DNA of 64,000 bases from Auanema rhodensis (lineage: Eukaryota > Animalia > Nematoda), in contig OZ059895.1 of assembly GCA_964057225.1 (NCBI GenBank), positions 23,188,001-23,252,000 of the forward strand, read 5' to 3'. Both the position numbers and the translations under genes were made by a program. Position 1 is the stretch's first letter, and every line of letters begins with the position of its first letter. Below the pieces are notes generated by a model that saw only the letters and a list, made by a program, of their open reading frames with translations, ran no database searches and was not told the origin of the DNA. This document shows positions 42,262-57,500 of the stretch, piece by piece.

Positions 42262-45069
42262 TTTGAAATTTTTCGAAAAAATTTTTGTCAAAATGTTTTT
42301 GGAAGCAATGTTGAGTGTACATGGAAACTCAACATACACTAATGCATCATTTTTCAAACGATCATAACTAATTTTTGTATTAAGCGTTTCTCAATGTAGT
42401 ATAATGCATTCGATGCGGATTTTTAAGCTGCAATGATCTTTGTTATCAGATTTGCGCTAGCTTAAAAATGCACCGAGATATCAACTGATATATGTTCACA
42501 CTTATATCCTCGATTTTCACCCTGAAGAATTAATTTTTTCGTTGAATAACAATGTCCATCGTCTTTGCCTTGAAAAAAGAAATCTAAAAACATCTACTTT
42601 TTGCTAAATTATTTTGAAATTTTTCGAAAAAATTTTTGTCAAAATGTTTTTGGAAGCAATGTTGAGTGTACATGGAAACTCAACATACACTAATGCATCA
42701 TTTTTCAAACGATCATAACTAATTTTTGTATTAAGCGTTTCTCAATGTAGTATAGTGCATTCGATGCGGATTTTTAAGCTGCGTCGATCTGTGTTATCAG
42801 ATTTGCGCTAGCTTAAAAATGCACCGAGATATCAACTGATATAAGTTCACACTTATATCCTCGATTTTCACCCTGAAGAATTAATTTTTTCGTTGAATAA
42901 CAAGGTCCATCGTCTTTGCCTTGAAAAAAGAAATCTAAAAACATCTACTTTTTGCTAAATTATTTTGAAATTTTTCGAAAAAATTTTTGTCAAAATGTTT
43001 TTGGAAGCAATGTTGAGTGTACATGGAAACTCAACATACACTAATGCATCATTTTTCAAACGATCATAACTAATTTTTGTATTAAGCGTTTCTCAATGTA
43101 GTATAGTGCATTCGATGCGGATTTTTAAGCTGCGTCGATCTGTGTTATCAGATTTGCGCTAGCTTAAAAATGCACCGAGATATCAACTGATATAAGTTCA
43201 CACTTATATCCTCGATTTTCACCCTGAAGAATTAATTTTTTCGTTGAATAACAATGTCCATCGTCTTTGCCTTGAAAAAAGAAATCTAAAAACATCTACT
43301 TTTTGCTAAATTATTTTGAAATTTTTCGAAAAAATTTTTGTCAAAATGTTTTTGGAAGCAATGTTGAGTGTACATGGAAACTCAACATACACTAATGCAT
43401 CATTTTTCAAACGATCATAACTAATTTTTGTATTAAGCGTTTCTCAATGTAGTATAATGCATTCGATGCGGATTTTTAAGCTGCAATGATCTTTGTTATC
43501 AGATTTGCGCTAGCTTAAAAATGCACCGAGATATCAACTGATATATGTTCACACTTATCTCCTCGATTTTCACCCTGAAGAATTAATTTTTTCGTTGAAT
43601 AACAATGTCCATCGTCTTTGCCTTGAAAAAAAGAATCTAAAAACATCTACTTTTTGCTAAATTATTTTGAAATTTTTCGAAAAAATTTTTGTCAAAATGT
43701 TTTTGGAAGCAATGTTGAGTGTACATGGAAACTCAACATACACTAATGCATCATTTTTCAAACGATCATAACTAATTTTTGTATTAAGCGTTTCTCAATG
43801 TAGTATAATGCATTCGATGCGGATTTTTAAGCTGCAATGATCTTTGTTATCAGATTTGCGCTAGCTTAAAAATGCACCGAGATATCAACTGATATATGTT
43901 CACACTTATATCCTCGATTTTCACCCTGAAGAATTAATTTTTTCGTTGAATAACAATGTCCATCGTCTTTGCCTTGAAAAAAGAAATCTAAAAACATCTA
44001 CTTTTTGCTAAATTATTTTGAAATTTTTCGAAAAAATTTTTGTCAAAATGTTTTTGGAAGCAATGTTGAGTGTACATGGAAACTCAACATACACTAATGC
44101 ATCATTTTTCAAACGATCATAACTAATTTTTGTATTAAGCGTTTCTCAATGTAGTATAGTGCATTCGATGCGGATTTTTAAGCTGCGTCGATCTGTGTTA
44201 TCAGATTTGCGCTAGCTTAAAAATGCACCGAGATATCAACTGATATAAGTTCACACTTATATCCTCGATTTTCACCCTGAAGAATTAATTTTTTCGTTGA
44301 ATAACAAGGTCCATCGTCTTTGCCTTGAAAAAAGAAATCTAAAAACATCTACTTTTTGCTAAATTATTTTGAAATTTTTCGAAAAAATTTTTGTCAAAAT
44401 GTTTTTGGAAGCAATGTTGAGTGTACATGGAAACTCAACATACACTAATGCATCATTTTTCAAACGATCATAACTAATTTTTGTATTAAGCGTTTCTCAA
44501 TGTAGTATAGTGCATTCGATGCGGATTTTTAAGCTGCGTCGATCTGTGTTATCAGATTTGCGCTAGCTTAAAAATGCACCGAGATATCAACTGATATAAG
44601 TTCACACTTATATCCTCGATTTTCACCCTGAAGAATTAATTTTTTCGTTGAATAACAATGTCCATCGTCTTTGCCTTGAAAAAAGAAATCTAAAAACATC
44701 TACTTTTTGCTAAATTATTTTGAAATTTTTCGAAAAAATTTTTGTCAAAATGTTTTTGGAAGCAATGTTGAGTGTACATGGAAACTCAACATACACTAAT
44801 GCATCATTTTTCAAACGATCATAACTAATTTTTGTATTAAGCGTTTCTCAATGTAGTATAATGCATTCGATGCGGATTTTTAAGCTGCAATGATCTTTGT
44901 TATCAGATTTGCGCTAGCTTAAAAATGCACCGAGATATCAACTGATATATGTTCACACTTATCTCCTCGATTTTCACCCTGAAGAATTAATTTTTTCGTT
45001 GAATAACAATGTCCATCGTCTTTGCCTTGAAAAAAAGAATCTAAAAACATCTACTTTTTGCTAAATTAT
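42262..45069. repeat. Local higher-order duplication, 4 monomers (1404 bp) x2
   Basis: The unit order TAATGC/GCAATG/CTTTG - CAAGG - plain - TAATGC/CTCCTC occurs at 42262 and again at 43666. Confidence 0.82.
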
Positions 45070-47175
45070 TTTGAAATTTTTCGAAAAAATTTTTGTCAAA
45101 ATGTTTTTGGAAGCAATGTTGAGTGTACATGGAAACTCAACATACACTAATGCATCATTTTTCAAACGATCATAACTAATTTTTGTATCAAGCGTTTCTC
45201 AATGTAGTATAGTGCATTCGATGCGGATTTTTAAGCTGCGTCGATCTGTGTTATCAGATTTGCGCTAGCTTAAAAATGCACCGAGATATCAACTGATATA
45301 TGTTCACACTTATATCCTCGATTTTCACCCTGAAGAATTAATTTTTTCGTTGAATAACAATGTCCATCGTCTTTGCCTTGAAAAAAAGAATCTAAAAACA
45401 TCTACTTTTTGCTAAATTATTTTGAAATTTTTCGAAAAAATTTTTGTCAAAATGTTTTTGGAAGCAATGTTGAGTGTACATGGAAACTCAACATACACTA
45501 ATGCATCATTTTTCAAACGATCATAACTAATTTTTGTATCAAGCGTTTCTCAATGTAGTATAGTGCATTCGATGCGGATTTTTAAGCTGCGTCGATCTGT
45601 GTTATCAGATTTGCGCTAGCTTAAAAATGCACCGAGATATCAACTGATATATGTTCACACTTATATCCTCGATTTTCACCCTGAAGAATTAATTTTTTCG
45701 TTGAATAACAATGTCCATCGTCTTTGCCTTGAAAAAAGGAATCTAAAAACATCTACTTTTTGCTAAATTATTTTGAAATTTTTCGAAAAAATTTTTGTCA
45801 AAATGTTTTTGGAAGCAATGTTGAGTGTACATGGAAACTCAACATACACTAATGCATCATTTTTCAAACGATCATAACTAATTTTTGTATCAAGCGTTTC
45901 TCAATGTAGTATAGTGCATTCGATGCGGATTTTTAAGCTGCGTCGATCTGTGTTATCAGATTTGCGCTAGCTTAAAAATGCACCGAGATATCAACTGATA
46001 TAAGTTCACACTTATATCCTCGATTTTCACCCTGAAGAATTAATTTTTTCGTTGAATAACAATGTCCATCGTCTTTGCCTTGAAAAAAGAAATCTAAAAA
46101 CATCTACTTTTTGCTAAATTATTTTGAAATTTTTCGAAAAAATTTTTGTCAAAATGTTTTTGGAAGCAATGTTGAGTGTACATGGAAACTCAACATACAC
46201 TAATGCATCATTTTTCAAACGATCATAACTAATTTTTGTATTAAGCGTTTCTCAATGTAGTATAATGCATTCGATGCGGATTTTTAAGCTGCAATGATCT
46301 TTGTTATCAGATTTGCGCTAGCTTAAAAATGCACCGAGATATCAACTGATATATGTTCACACTTATATCCTCGATTTTCACCCTGAAGAATTAATTTTTT
46401 CGTTGAATAACAATGTCCATCGTCTTTGCCTTGAAAAAAGAAATCTAAAAACATCTACTTTTTGCTAAATTATTTTGAAATTTTTCGAAAAAATTTTTGT
46501 CAAAATGTTTTTGGAAGCAATGTTGAGTGTACATGGAAACTCAACATACACTAATGCATCATTTTTCAAACGATCATAACTAATTTTTGTATTAAGCGTT
46601 TCTCAATGTAGTATAATGCATTCGATGCGGATTTTTAAGCTGCAATGATCTTTGTTATCAGATTTGCGCTAGCTTAAAAATGCACCGAGATATCAACTGA
46701 TATATGTTCACACTTATCTCCTCGATTTTCACCCTGAAGAATTAATTTTTTCGTTGAATAACAATGTCCATCGTCTTTGCCTTGAAAAAAAGAATCTAAA
46801 AACATCTACTTTTTGCTAAATTATTTTGAAATTTTTCGAAAAAATTTTTGTCAAAATGTTTTTGGAAGCAATGTTGAGTGTACATGGAAACTCAACATAC
46901 ACTAATGCATCATTTTTCAAACGATCATAACTAATTTTTGTATCAAGCGTTTCTCAATGTAGTATAGTGCATTCGATGCGGATTTTTAAGCTGCGTCGAT
47001 CTGTGTTATCAGATTTGCGCTAGCTTAAAAATGCACCGAGATATCAACTGATATATGTTCACACTTATATCCTCGATTTTCACCCTGAAGAATTAATTTT
47101 TTCGTTGAATAACAATGTCCATCGTCTTTGCCTTGAAAAAAGGAATCTAAAAACATCTACTTTTTGCTAAATTAT

Positions 47176-50100
47176 TTTGAAATTTTTCGAAAAAATTTTT
47201 GTCAAAATGTTTTTGGAAGCAATGTTGAGTGTACATGGAAACTCAACATACACTAATGCATCATTTTTCAAACGATCATAACTAATTTTTGTATTAAGCG
47301 TTTCTCAATGTAGTATAGTGCATTCGATGCGGATTTTTAAGCTGCGTCGATCTGTGTTATCAGATTTGCGCTAGCTTAAAAATGCACCGAGATATCAACT
47401 GATATAAGTTCACACTTATATCCTCGATTTTCACCCTGAAGAATTAATTTTTTCGTTGAATAACAATGTCCATCGTCTTTGCCTTGAAAAAAGAAATCTA
47501 AAAACATCTACTTTTTGCTAAATTATTTTGAAATTTTTCGAAAAAATTTTTGTCAAAATGTTTTTGGAAGCAATGTTGAGTGTACATGGAAACTCAACAT
47601 ACACTAATGCATCATTTTTCAAACGATCATAACTAATTTTTGTATTAAGCGTTTCTCAATGTAGTATAGTGCATTCGATGCGGATTTTTAAGCTGCGTCG
47701 ATCTGTGTTATCAGATTTGCGCTAGCTTAAAAATGCACCGAGATATCAACTGATATAAGTTCACACTTATATCCTCGATTTTCACCCTGAAGAATTAATT
47801 TTTTCGTTGAATAACAAGGTCCATCGTCTTTGCCTTGAAAAAAGAAATCTAAAAACATCTACTTTTTGCTAAATTATTTTGAAATTTTTCGAAAAAATTT
47901 TTGTCAAAATGTTTTTGGAAGCAATGTTGAGTGTACATGGAAACTCAACATACACTAATGCATCATTTTTCAAACGATCATAACTAATTTTCGTATCAAG
48001 CGTTTCTCAATGTAGTATAGTGCATTCGATGCGGATTTTTAAGCTGCGTCGATCTGAGTTATCAGATTTGCGCTAGCTTAAAAATGCACCGAGATATCAA
48101 CTGATATAAGTTCACACTTATATCCTCGATTTTCACCCTGAAGAATTAATTTTTTCGTTGAATAACAATGTCGATCGTCTTTGCCTTGAAAAAAGGAATC
48201 TAAAAACATCTACTTTTTGCTAAATTATTTTGAAATTTTTCGAAAAAATTTTTGTCAAAATGTTTTTGGAAGCAATGTTGAGTGTACATGGAAACTCAAC
48301 ATACACTAATGCATCATTTTTCAAACGATCATAACTAATTTTTGTATTAAGCGTTTCTCAATGTAGTATAGTGCATTCGATGCGGATTTTTAAGCTGCGT
48401 CGATCTGTGTTATCAGATTTGCGCTAGCTTAAAAATGCACCGAGATATCAACTGATATAAGTTCACACTTATATCCTCGATTTTCACCCTGAAGAATTAA
48501 TTTTTTCGTTGAATAACAAGGTCCATCGTCTTTGCCTTGAAAAAAGAAATCTAAAAACATCTACTTTTTGCTAAATTATTTTGAAATTTTTCGAAAAAAT
48601 TTTTGTCAAAATGTTTTTGGAAGCAATGTTGAGTGTACATGGAAACTCAACATACACTAATGCATCATTTTTCAAACGATCATAACTAATTTTTGTATTA
48701 AGCGTTTCTCAATGTAGTATAGTGCATTCGATGCGGATTTTTAAGCTGCGTCGATCTGAGTTATCAGATTTGCGCTAGCTTAAAAATGCACCGAGATATC
48801 AACTGATATAAGTTCACACTTATATCCTCGATTTTCACCCTGAAGAATTAATTTTTTCGTTGAATAACATCGTCCATCGTCTTTGCCTTAAGAAAAGGAA
48901 TCTAAAAACATCTACGTTTTGCTAAATTATTTTGAAATTTTTCGAAAAAATTTTTGTCAAAATGTTTTTGGAAGCAATGTTGAGTGTACATGGAAACTCA
49001 ACATACACTAATGCATCATTTTTCAAACGATCATAACTAATTTTCGTATCAAGCGTTTCTCAATGTAGTATAGTGCATTCGATGCGGATTTTTAAGCTGC
49101 GTCGATCTGAGTTATCAGATTTGCGCTAGCTTAAAAATGCACCGAGATATCAACTGATATAAGTTCACACTTATATCCTCGATTTTCACCCTGAAGAATT
49201 AATTTTTTCGTTGAATAACAATGTCGATCGTCTTTGCCTTGAAAAAAGGAATCTAAAAACATCTACTTTTTGCTAAATTATTTTGAAATTTTTCGAAAAA
49301 ATTTTTGTCAAAATGTTTTTGGAAGCAATGTTGAGTGTACATGGAAACTCAACATACACTAATGCATCACTTTTCAAACGATCATAACTAATTTTTGTAT
49401 TAAGCGTTTCTCAATGTAGTATAGTGCATTCGATGCGGATTTTTAAGCTGCGTCGATCTGTGTTATCAGATTTGCGCTAGCTTAAAAATGCACCGAGATA
49501 TCAACTGATATATGTTCACACTTATATCCTCGATTTTCACCCTGAAGAATTAATTTTTTCGTTGAATAACAATGTCCATCGTCTTTGCCTTGAAAAAAGG
49601 AATCTAAAAACATCTACTTTTTGCTAAATTATTTTGAAATTTTTCGAAAAAATTTTTGTCAAAATGTTTTTGGAAGCAATGTTGAGTGTACATGGAAACT
49701 CAACATACACTAATGCATCATTTTTCAAACGATCATAACTAATTTTTGTATTAAGCGTTTCTCAATGTAGTATAGTGCATTCGATGCGGATTTTTAAGCT
49801 GCGTCGATCTGTGTTATCAGATTTGCGCTAGCTTAAAAATGCACCGAGATATCAACTGATATAAGTTCACACTTATATCCTCGATTTTCACCCTGAAGAA
49901 TTAATTTTTTCGTTGAATAACAATGTCCATCGTCTTTGCCTTGAAAAAAGAAATCTAAAAACATCTACTTTTTGCTAAATTATTTTGAAATTTTTCGAAA
50001 AAATTTTTGTCAAAATGTTTTTGGAAGCAATGTTGAGTGTACATGGAAACTCAACATACACTAATGCATCATTTTTCAAACGATCATAACTAATTTTTGT

Positions 50101-53100
50101 ATTAAGCGTTTCTCAATGTAGTATAGTGCATTCGATGCGGATTTTTAAGCTGCGTCGATCTGTGTTATCAGATTTGCGCTAGCTTAAAAATGCACCGAGA
50201 TATCAACTGATATAAGTTCACACTTATATCCTCGATTTTCACCCTGAAGAATTAATTTTTTCGTTGAATAACAAGGTCCATCGTCTTTGCCTTGAAAAAA
50301 GAAATCTAAAAACATCTACTTTTTGCTAAATTATTTTGAAATTTTTCGAAAAAATTTTTGTCAAAATGTTTTTGGAAGCAATGTTGAGTGTACATGGAAA
50401 CTCAACATACACTAATGCATCATTTTTCAAACGATCATAACTAATTTTCGTATCAAGCGTTTCTCAATGTAGTATAGTGCATTCGATGCGGATTTTTAAG
50501 CTGCGTCGATCTGAGTTATCAGATTTGCGCTAGCTTAAAAATGCACCGAGATATCAACTGATATAAGTTCACACTTATATCCTCGATTTTCACCCTGAAG
50601 AATTAATTTTTTCGTTGAATAACAATGTCGATCGTCTTTGCCTTGAAAAAAGGAATCTAAAAACATCTACTTTTTGCTAAATTATTTTGAAATTTTTCGA
50701 AAAAATTTTTGTCAAAATGTTTTTGGAAGCAATGTTGAGTGTACATGGAAACTCAACATACACTAATGCATCATTTTTCAAACGATCATAACTAATTTTT
50801 GTATTAAGCGTTTCTCAATGTAGTATAGTGCATTCGATGCGGATTTTTAAGCTGCGTCGATCTGTGTTATCAGATTTGCGCTAGCTTAAAAATGCACCGA
50901 GATATCAACTGATATAAGTTCACACTTATATCCTCGATTTTCACCCTGAAGAATTAATTTTTTCGTTGAATAACAAGGTCCATCGTCTTTGCCTTGAAAA
51001 AAGAAATCTAAAAACATCTACTTTTTGCTAAATTATTTTGAAATTTTTCGAAAAAATTTTTGTCAAAATGTTTTTGGAAGCAATGTTGAGTGTACATGGA
51101 AACTCAACATACACTAATGCATCATTTTTCAAACGATCATAACTAATTTTTGTATTAAGCGTTTCTCAATGTAGTATAGTGCATTCGATGCGGATTTTTA
51201 AGCTGCGTCGATCTGAGTTATCAGATTTGCGCTAGCTTAAAAATGCACCGAGATATCAACTGATATAAGTTCACACTTATATCCTCGATTTTCACCCTGA
51301 AGAATTAATTTTTTCGTTGAATAACATCGTCCATCGTCTTTGCCTTAAGAAAAGGAATCTAAAAACATCTACGTTTTGCTAAATTATTTTGAAATTTTTC
51401 GAAAAAATTTTTGTCAAAATGTTTTTGGAAGCAATGTTGAGTGTACATGGAAACTCAACATACACTAATGCATCATTTTTCAAACGATCATAACTAATTT
51501 TCGTATCAAGCGTTTCTCAATGTAGTATAGTGCATTCGATGCGGATTTTTAAGCTGCGTCGATCTGAGTTATCAGATTTGCGCTAGCTTAAAAATGCACC
51601 GAGATATCAACTGATATAAGTTCACACTTATATCCTCGATTTTCACCCTGAAGAATTAATTTTTTCGTTGAATAACAATGTCGATCGTCTTTGCCTTGAA
51701 AAAAGGAATCTAAAAACATCTACTTTTTGCTAAATTATTTTGAAATTTTTCGAAAAAATTTTTGTCAAAATGTTTTTGGAAGCAATGTTGAGTGTACATG
51801 GAAACTCAACATACACTAATGCATCACTTTTCAAACGATCATAACTAATTTTTGTATTAAGCGTTTCTCAATGTAGTATAGTGCATTCGATGCGGATTTT
51901 TAAGCTGCGTCGATCTGTGTTATCAGATTTGCGCTAGCTTAAAAATGCACCGAGATATCAACTGATATAAGTTCACACTTATATCCTCGATTTTCACCCT
52001 GAAGAATTAATTTTTTCGTTGAATAACAATGTTCATCGTCTTTGCCTTGAAAAAAGAAATCTAAAAACATCTACTTTTTGCTAAATTATTTTGAAATTTT
52101 TCGAAAAAATTTTTGTCAAAATGTTTTTGGAAGCAATGTTGAGTGTACATGGAAACTCAACATACACTAATGCATCATTTTTCAAACGATCATAACTAAT
52201 TTTTGTATTAAGCGTTTCTCAATGTAGTATAGTGCATTCGATGCGGATTTTTAAGCTGCGTCGATCTGTGTTATCAGATTTGCGCTAGCTTAAAAATGCA
52301 CCGAGATATCAACTGATATAAGTTCACACTTATATCCTCGATTTTCACCCTGAAGAATTAATTTTTTCGTTGAATAACAATGTCCATCGTCTTTGCCTTG
52401 AAAAAAGAAATCTAAAAACATCTACTTTTTGCTAAATTATTTTGAAATTTTTCGAAAAAATTTTTGTCAAAATGTTTTTGGAAGCAATGTTGAGTGTACA
52501 TGGAAACTCAACATACACTAATGCATCATTTTTCAAACGATCATAACTAATTTTTGTATTAAGCGTTTCTCAATGTAGTATAGTGCATTCGATGCGGATT
52601 TTTAAGCTGCGTCGATCTGTGTTATCAGATTTGCGCTAGCTTAAAAATGCACCGAGATATCAACTGATATAAGTTCACACTTATATCCTCGATTTTCACC
52701 CTGAAGAATTAATTTTTTCGTTGAATAACAAGGTCCATCGTCTTTGCCTTGAAAAAAGAAATCTAAAAACATCTACTTTTTGCTAAATTATTTTGAAATT
52801 TTTCGAAAAAATTTTTGTCAAAATGTTTTTGGAAGCAATGTTGAGTGTACATGGAAACTCAACATACACTAATGCATCATTTTTCAAACGATCATAACTA
52901 ATTTTCGTATCAAGCGTTTCTCAATGTAGTATAGTGCATTCGATGCGGATTTTTAAGCTGCGTCGATCTGAGTTATCAGATTTGCGCTAGCTTAAAAATG
53001 CACCGAGATATCAACTGATATAAGTTCACACTTATATCCTCGATTTTCACCCTGAAGAATTAATTTTTTCGTTGAATAACAATGTCGATCGTCTTTGCCT

Positions 53101-54546
53101 TGAAAAAAGGAATCTAAAAACATCTACTTTTTGCTAAATTATTTTGAAATTTTTCGAAAAAATTTTTGTCAAAATGTTTTTGGAAGCAATGTTGAGTGTA
53201 CATGGAAACTCAACATACACTAATGCATCATTTTTCAAACGATCATAACTAATTTTTGTATTAAGCGTTTCTCAATGTAGTATAGTGCATTCGATGCGGA
53301 TTTTTAAGCTGCGTCGATCTGTGTTATCAGATTTGCGCTAGCTTAAAAATGCACCGAGATATCAACTGATATAAGTTCACACTTATATCCTCGATTTTCA
53401 CCCTGAAGAATTAATTTTTTCGTTGAATAACAAGGTCCATCGTCTTTGCCTTGAAAAAAGAAATCTAAAAACATCTACTTTTTGCTAAATTATTTTGAAA
53501 TTTTTCGAAAAAATTTTTGTCAAAATGTTTTTGGAAGCAATGTTGAGTGTACATGGAAACTCAACATACACTAATGCATCATTTTTCAAACGATCATAAC
53601 TAATTTTTGTATTAAGCGTTTCTCAATGTAGTATAGTGCATTCGATGCGGATTTTTAAGCTGCGTCGATCTGAGTTATCAGATTTGCGCTAGCTTAAAAA
53701 TGCACCGAGATATCAACTGATATAAGTTCACACTTATATCCTCGATTTTCACCCTGAAGAATTAATTTTTTCGTTGAATAACATCGTCCATCGTCTTTGC
53801 CTTAAGAAAAGGAATCTAAAAACATCTACGTTTTGCTAAATTATTTTGAAATTTTTCGAAAAAATTTTTGTCAAAATGTTTTTGGAAGCAATGTTGAGTG
53901 TACATGGAAACTCAACATACACTAATGCATCATTTTTCAAACGATCATAACTAATTTTTGTATTAAGCGTTTCTCAATGTAGTATAGTGCATTCGATGCG
54001 GATTTTTAAGCTGCGTCGATCTGTGTTATCAGATTTGCGCTAGCTTAAAAATGCACCGAGATATCAACTGATATAAGTTCACACTTATATCCTCGATTTT
54101 CACCCTGAAGAATTAATTTTTACGTTGAATAACAATGTCCATCGTCTTTGCCTTGAAAAAAGAAATCTAAAAACATCTACTTTTTGCTAAATTATTTTGA
54201 AATTTTTCGAAAAAATTTTTGTCAAAATGTTTTTGGAAGCAATGTTGAGTGTACATGGAAACTCAACATACACTAATGCATCACTTTTCAAACGATCATA
54301 ACTAATTTTTGTATTAAGCGTTTCTCAATGTAGTATAGTGCATTCGATGCGGATTTTTAAGCTGCGTCGATCTGTGTTATCAGATTTGCGCTAGCTTAAA
54401 AATGCACCGAGATATCAACTGATATAAGTTCACACTTATATCCTCGATTTTCACCCTGAAGAATTAATTTTTTCGTTGAATAACAATGTTCATCGTCTTT
54501 GCCTTGAAAAAAGGAATCTAAAAACATCTACTTTTTGCTAAATTAT
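47176..54546. repeat. Local higher-order repeat, 7 monomers (2457 bp) x3
   Basis: GCATCACTTTT at ~49370/51827/54284 and CTACGTTTT at ~48916/51373/53830. The order of CAAGG and TTCGTATC/CTGAG/GTCGAT units is conserved, with one unit differing in copy 3. Confidence 0.9.
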
Positions 54547-57500
54547 TTTGAAATTTTTCGAAAAAATTTTTGTCAAAATGTTTTTGGAAGCAATGTTGAG
54601 TGTACATGGAAACTCAACATACACTAATGCATCATTTTTCAAACGATCATAACTAATTTTCGTATTAAGCGTTTCTCAATGTAGTATAGTGCATTCGATG
54701 CGGATTTTTAAGCTGCGTCGATCTGTGTTATCAGATTTGCGCTAGCTTAAAAATGCACCGAGATATCAACTGATATAAGTTCACACTTATATCCTCGATT
54801 TTCACCCTGAAGAATTAATTTTTTCGTTGAATAACAATGTCCATCGTCTTTGCCTTGAAAAAAGAAATCTAAAAACATCTACTTTTTGCTAAATTATTTT
54901 GAAATTTTTCGAAAAAATTTTTGTCAAAATGTTTTTGGAAGCAATGTTGAGTGTACATGGAAACTCAACATACACTAATGCATCATTTTTCAAACGATCA
55001 TAACTAATTTTTGTATTAAGCGTTTCTCAATGTAGTATAGTGCATTCGATGCAGATTTTTAAGCTGCGTCGATCTGTGTTATCAGATTTGCGCTCGCTTA
55101 AAAATGCACCGAGATATCAACTGATATATGTTCACACTTATATCCTCGATTTTCACCCTGAAGAATTAATTTTTTCGTTGAATAACAATGTCCATCGTCT
55201 TTGCCTTGAAAAAAGGAATCTAAAAACATCTACTTTTTGCTAAATTATTTTGAAATTTTTCGAAAAAATTTTTGTCAAAATGTTTTTGGAAGCAATGTTG
55301 AGTGTACATGGAAACTCAACATACACTAATGCATCATTTTTCAAACGATCATAACTAATTTTTGTATTAAGCGTTTCTCAATGTAGTATAGTGCATTCGA
55401 TGCGGATTTTTAAGCTGCGTCGATCTGTGTTATCAGATTTGCGCTAGCTTAAAAATGCACCGAGATATCAACTGATATAAGTTCACACTTATATCCTCGA
55501 TTTTCACCCTGAAGAATTAATTTTTTCGTTGAATAACATCGTCCATCGTCTTTGCCTTAAAAAAAGGAATCTAAAAACATCTACTTTTTGCTAAATTATC
55601 TTGAAATTTTTTGAAAAAATTTTTGTCAAAATGTTTTTGGAAGCAATGTTGAGTGTACATGGAAACTCAACATACACTAATGCATCATTTTTCAAACGAT
55701 CATAACTAATTTTTGTATTGAGCGTTTCTCAATGTAGTATAGTGCATTCGATGCGGATTTTTAAGCTGCGTCGATCTGTGTTATCAGATTTGCGCTAGCT
55801 TAAAAATGCACCGAGATATCAACTGATATAAGTTCACACTTATATCCTCGATTTTCACCCTGAAGAATTAATTTTTTCGTTGAATAACAATGTCCATCGT
55901 CTTTGCCTTGAAAAAACAAATCTAAAAACATTTACTTTTTGCTAAATTATTTTGAAATTTTTCGAAAAAATTTTTGTCAAAATGTTTTTGGAAGCAATGT
56001 TGAGTGTACATGGAAACTCAACATACACTAATGCATCATTTTTCAAACGATCATAACTAATTTTTGTATTAAGCGTTTCTCAATGTAGTATAGTGCATTC
56101 GATGCGGATTTTTAAGCTGCGTCGATCTGTGTTATCAGATTTGCGCTAGCTTAAAAATGCACCGAGATATCAACTGATATAAGTTCACACTTATATCCTC
56201 GATTTTCACCCTGAAGAATTAATTTTTTCGTTGAATAACAATGTCCATCGTCTTTGCCTTGAAAAAACAAATCTAAAAACATTTACTTTTTGCTAAATTA
56301 TTTTGAAATTTTTCGAAAAAATTTTTGTCAAAATGTTTTTGGAAGCAATGTTGAGTGTACATGGAAACTCAACATACACTAATGCATCATTTTTCAAACG
56401 ATCATAACTAATTTTCGTATCAAGCGTTTCTCAATGTAGTATAGTGCATTCGATGCGGATTTTTAAGCTGCGTCGATCTGAGTTATCAGATTTGCGCTAG
56501 CTTAAAAATGCACCGAGATATCAACTGATATAAGTTCACACTTATATCCTCGATTTTCACCCTGAAGAATTAATTTTTTCGTTGAATAACAATGTTCATC
56601 GTCTTTGCCTTGAAAAAAGGAATCTAAAAACATCTACTTTTTGCTAAATTATTTTGAAATTTTTCGAAAAAATTTTTGTCAAAATGTTTTTGGAAGCAAT
56701 GTTGAGTGTACATGGAAACTCAACATACACTAATGCATCATTTTTCAAACGATCATAACTAATTTTCGTATTAAGCGTTTCTCAATGTAGTATAGTGCAT
56801 TCGATGCGGATTTTTAAGCTGCGTCGATCTGTGTTATCAGATTTGCGCTAGCTTAAAAATGCACCGAGATATCAACTGATATAAGTTCACACTTATATCC
56901 TCGATTTTCACCCTGAAGAATTAATTTTTTCGTTGAATAACAATGTCCATCGTCTTTGCCTTGAAAAAAGAAATCTAAAAACATCTACTTTTTGCTAAAT
57001 TATTTTGAAATTTTTCGAAAAAATTTTTGTCAAAATGTTTTTGGAAGCAATGTTGAGTGTACATGGAAACTCAACATACACTAATGCATCATTTTTCAAA
57101 CGATCATAACTAATTTTTGTATTAAGCGTTTCTCAATGTAGTATAGTGCATTCGATGCAGATTTTTAAGCTGCGTCGATCTGTGTTATCAGATTTGCGCT
57201 CGCTTAAAAATGCACCGAGATATCAACTGATATATGTTCACACTTATATCCTCGATTTTCACCCTGAAGAATTAATTTTTTCGTTGAATAACAATGTCCA
57301 TCGTCTTTGCCTTGAAAAAAGGAATCTAAAAACATCTACTTTTTGCTAAATTATTTTGAAATTTTTCGAAAAAATTTTTGTCAAAATGTTTTTGGAAGCA
57401 ATGTTGAGTGTACATGGAAACTCAACATACACTAATGCATCATTTTTCAAACGATCATAACTAATTTTTGTATTAAGCGTTTCTCAATGTAGTATAGTGC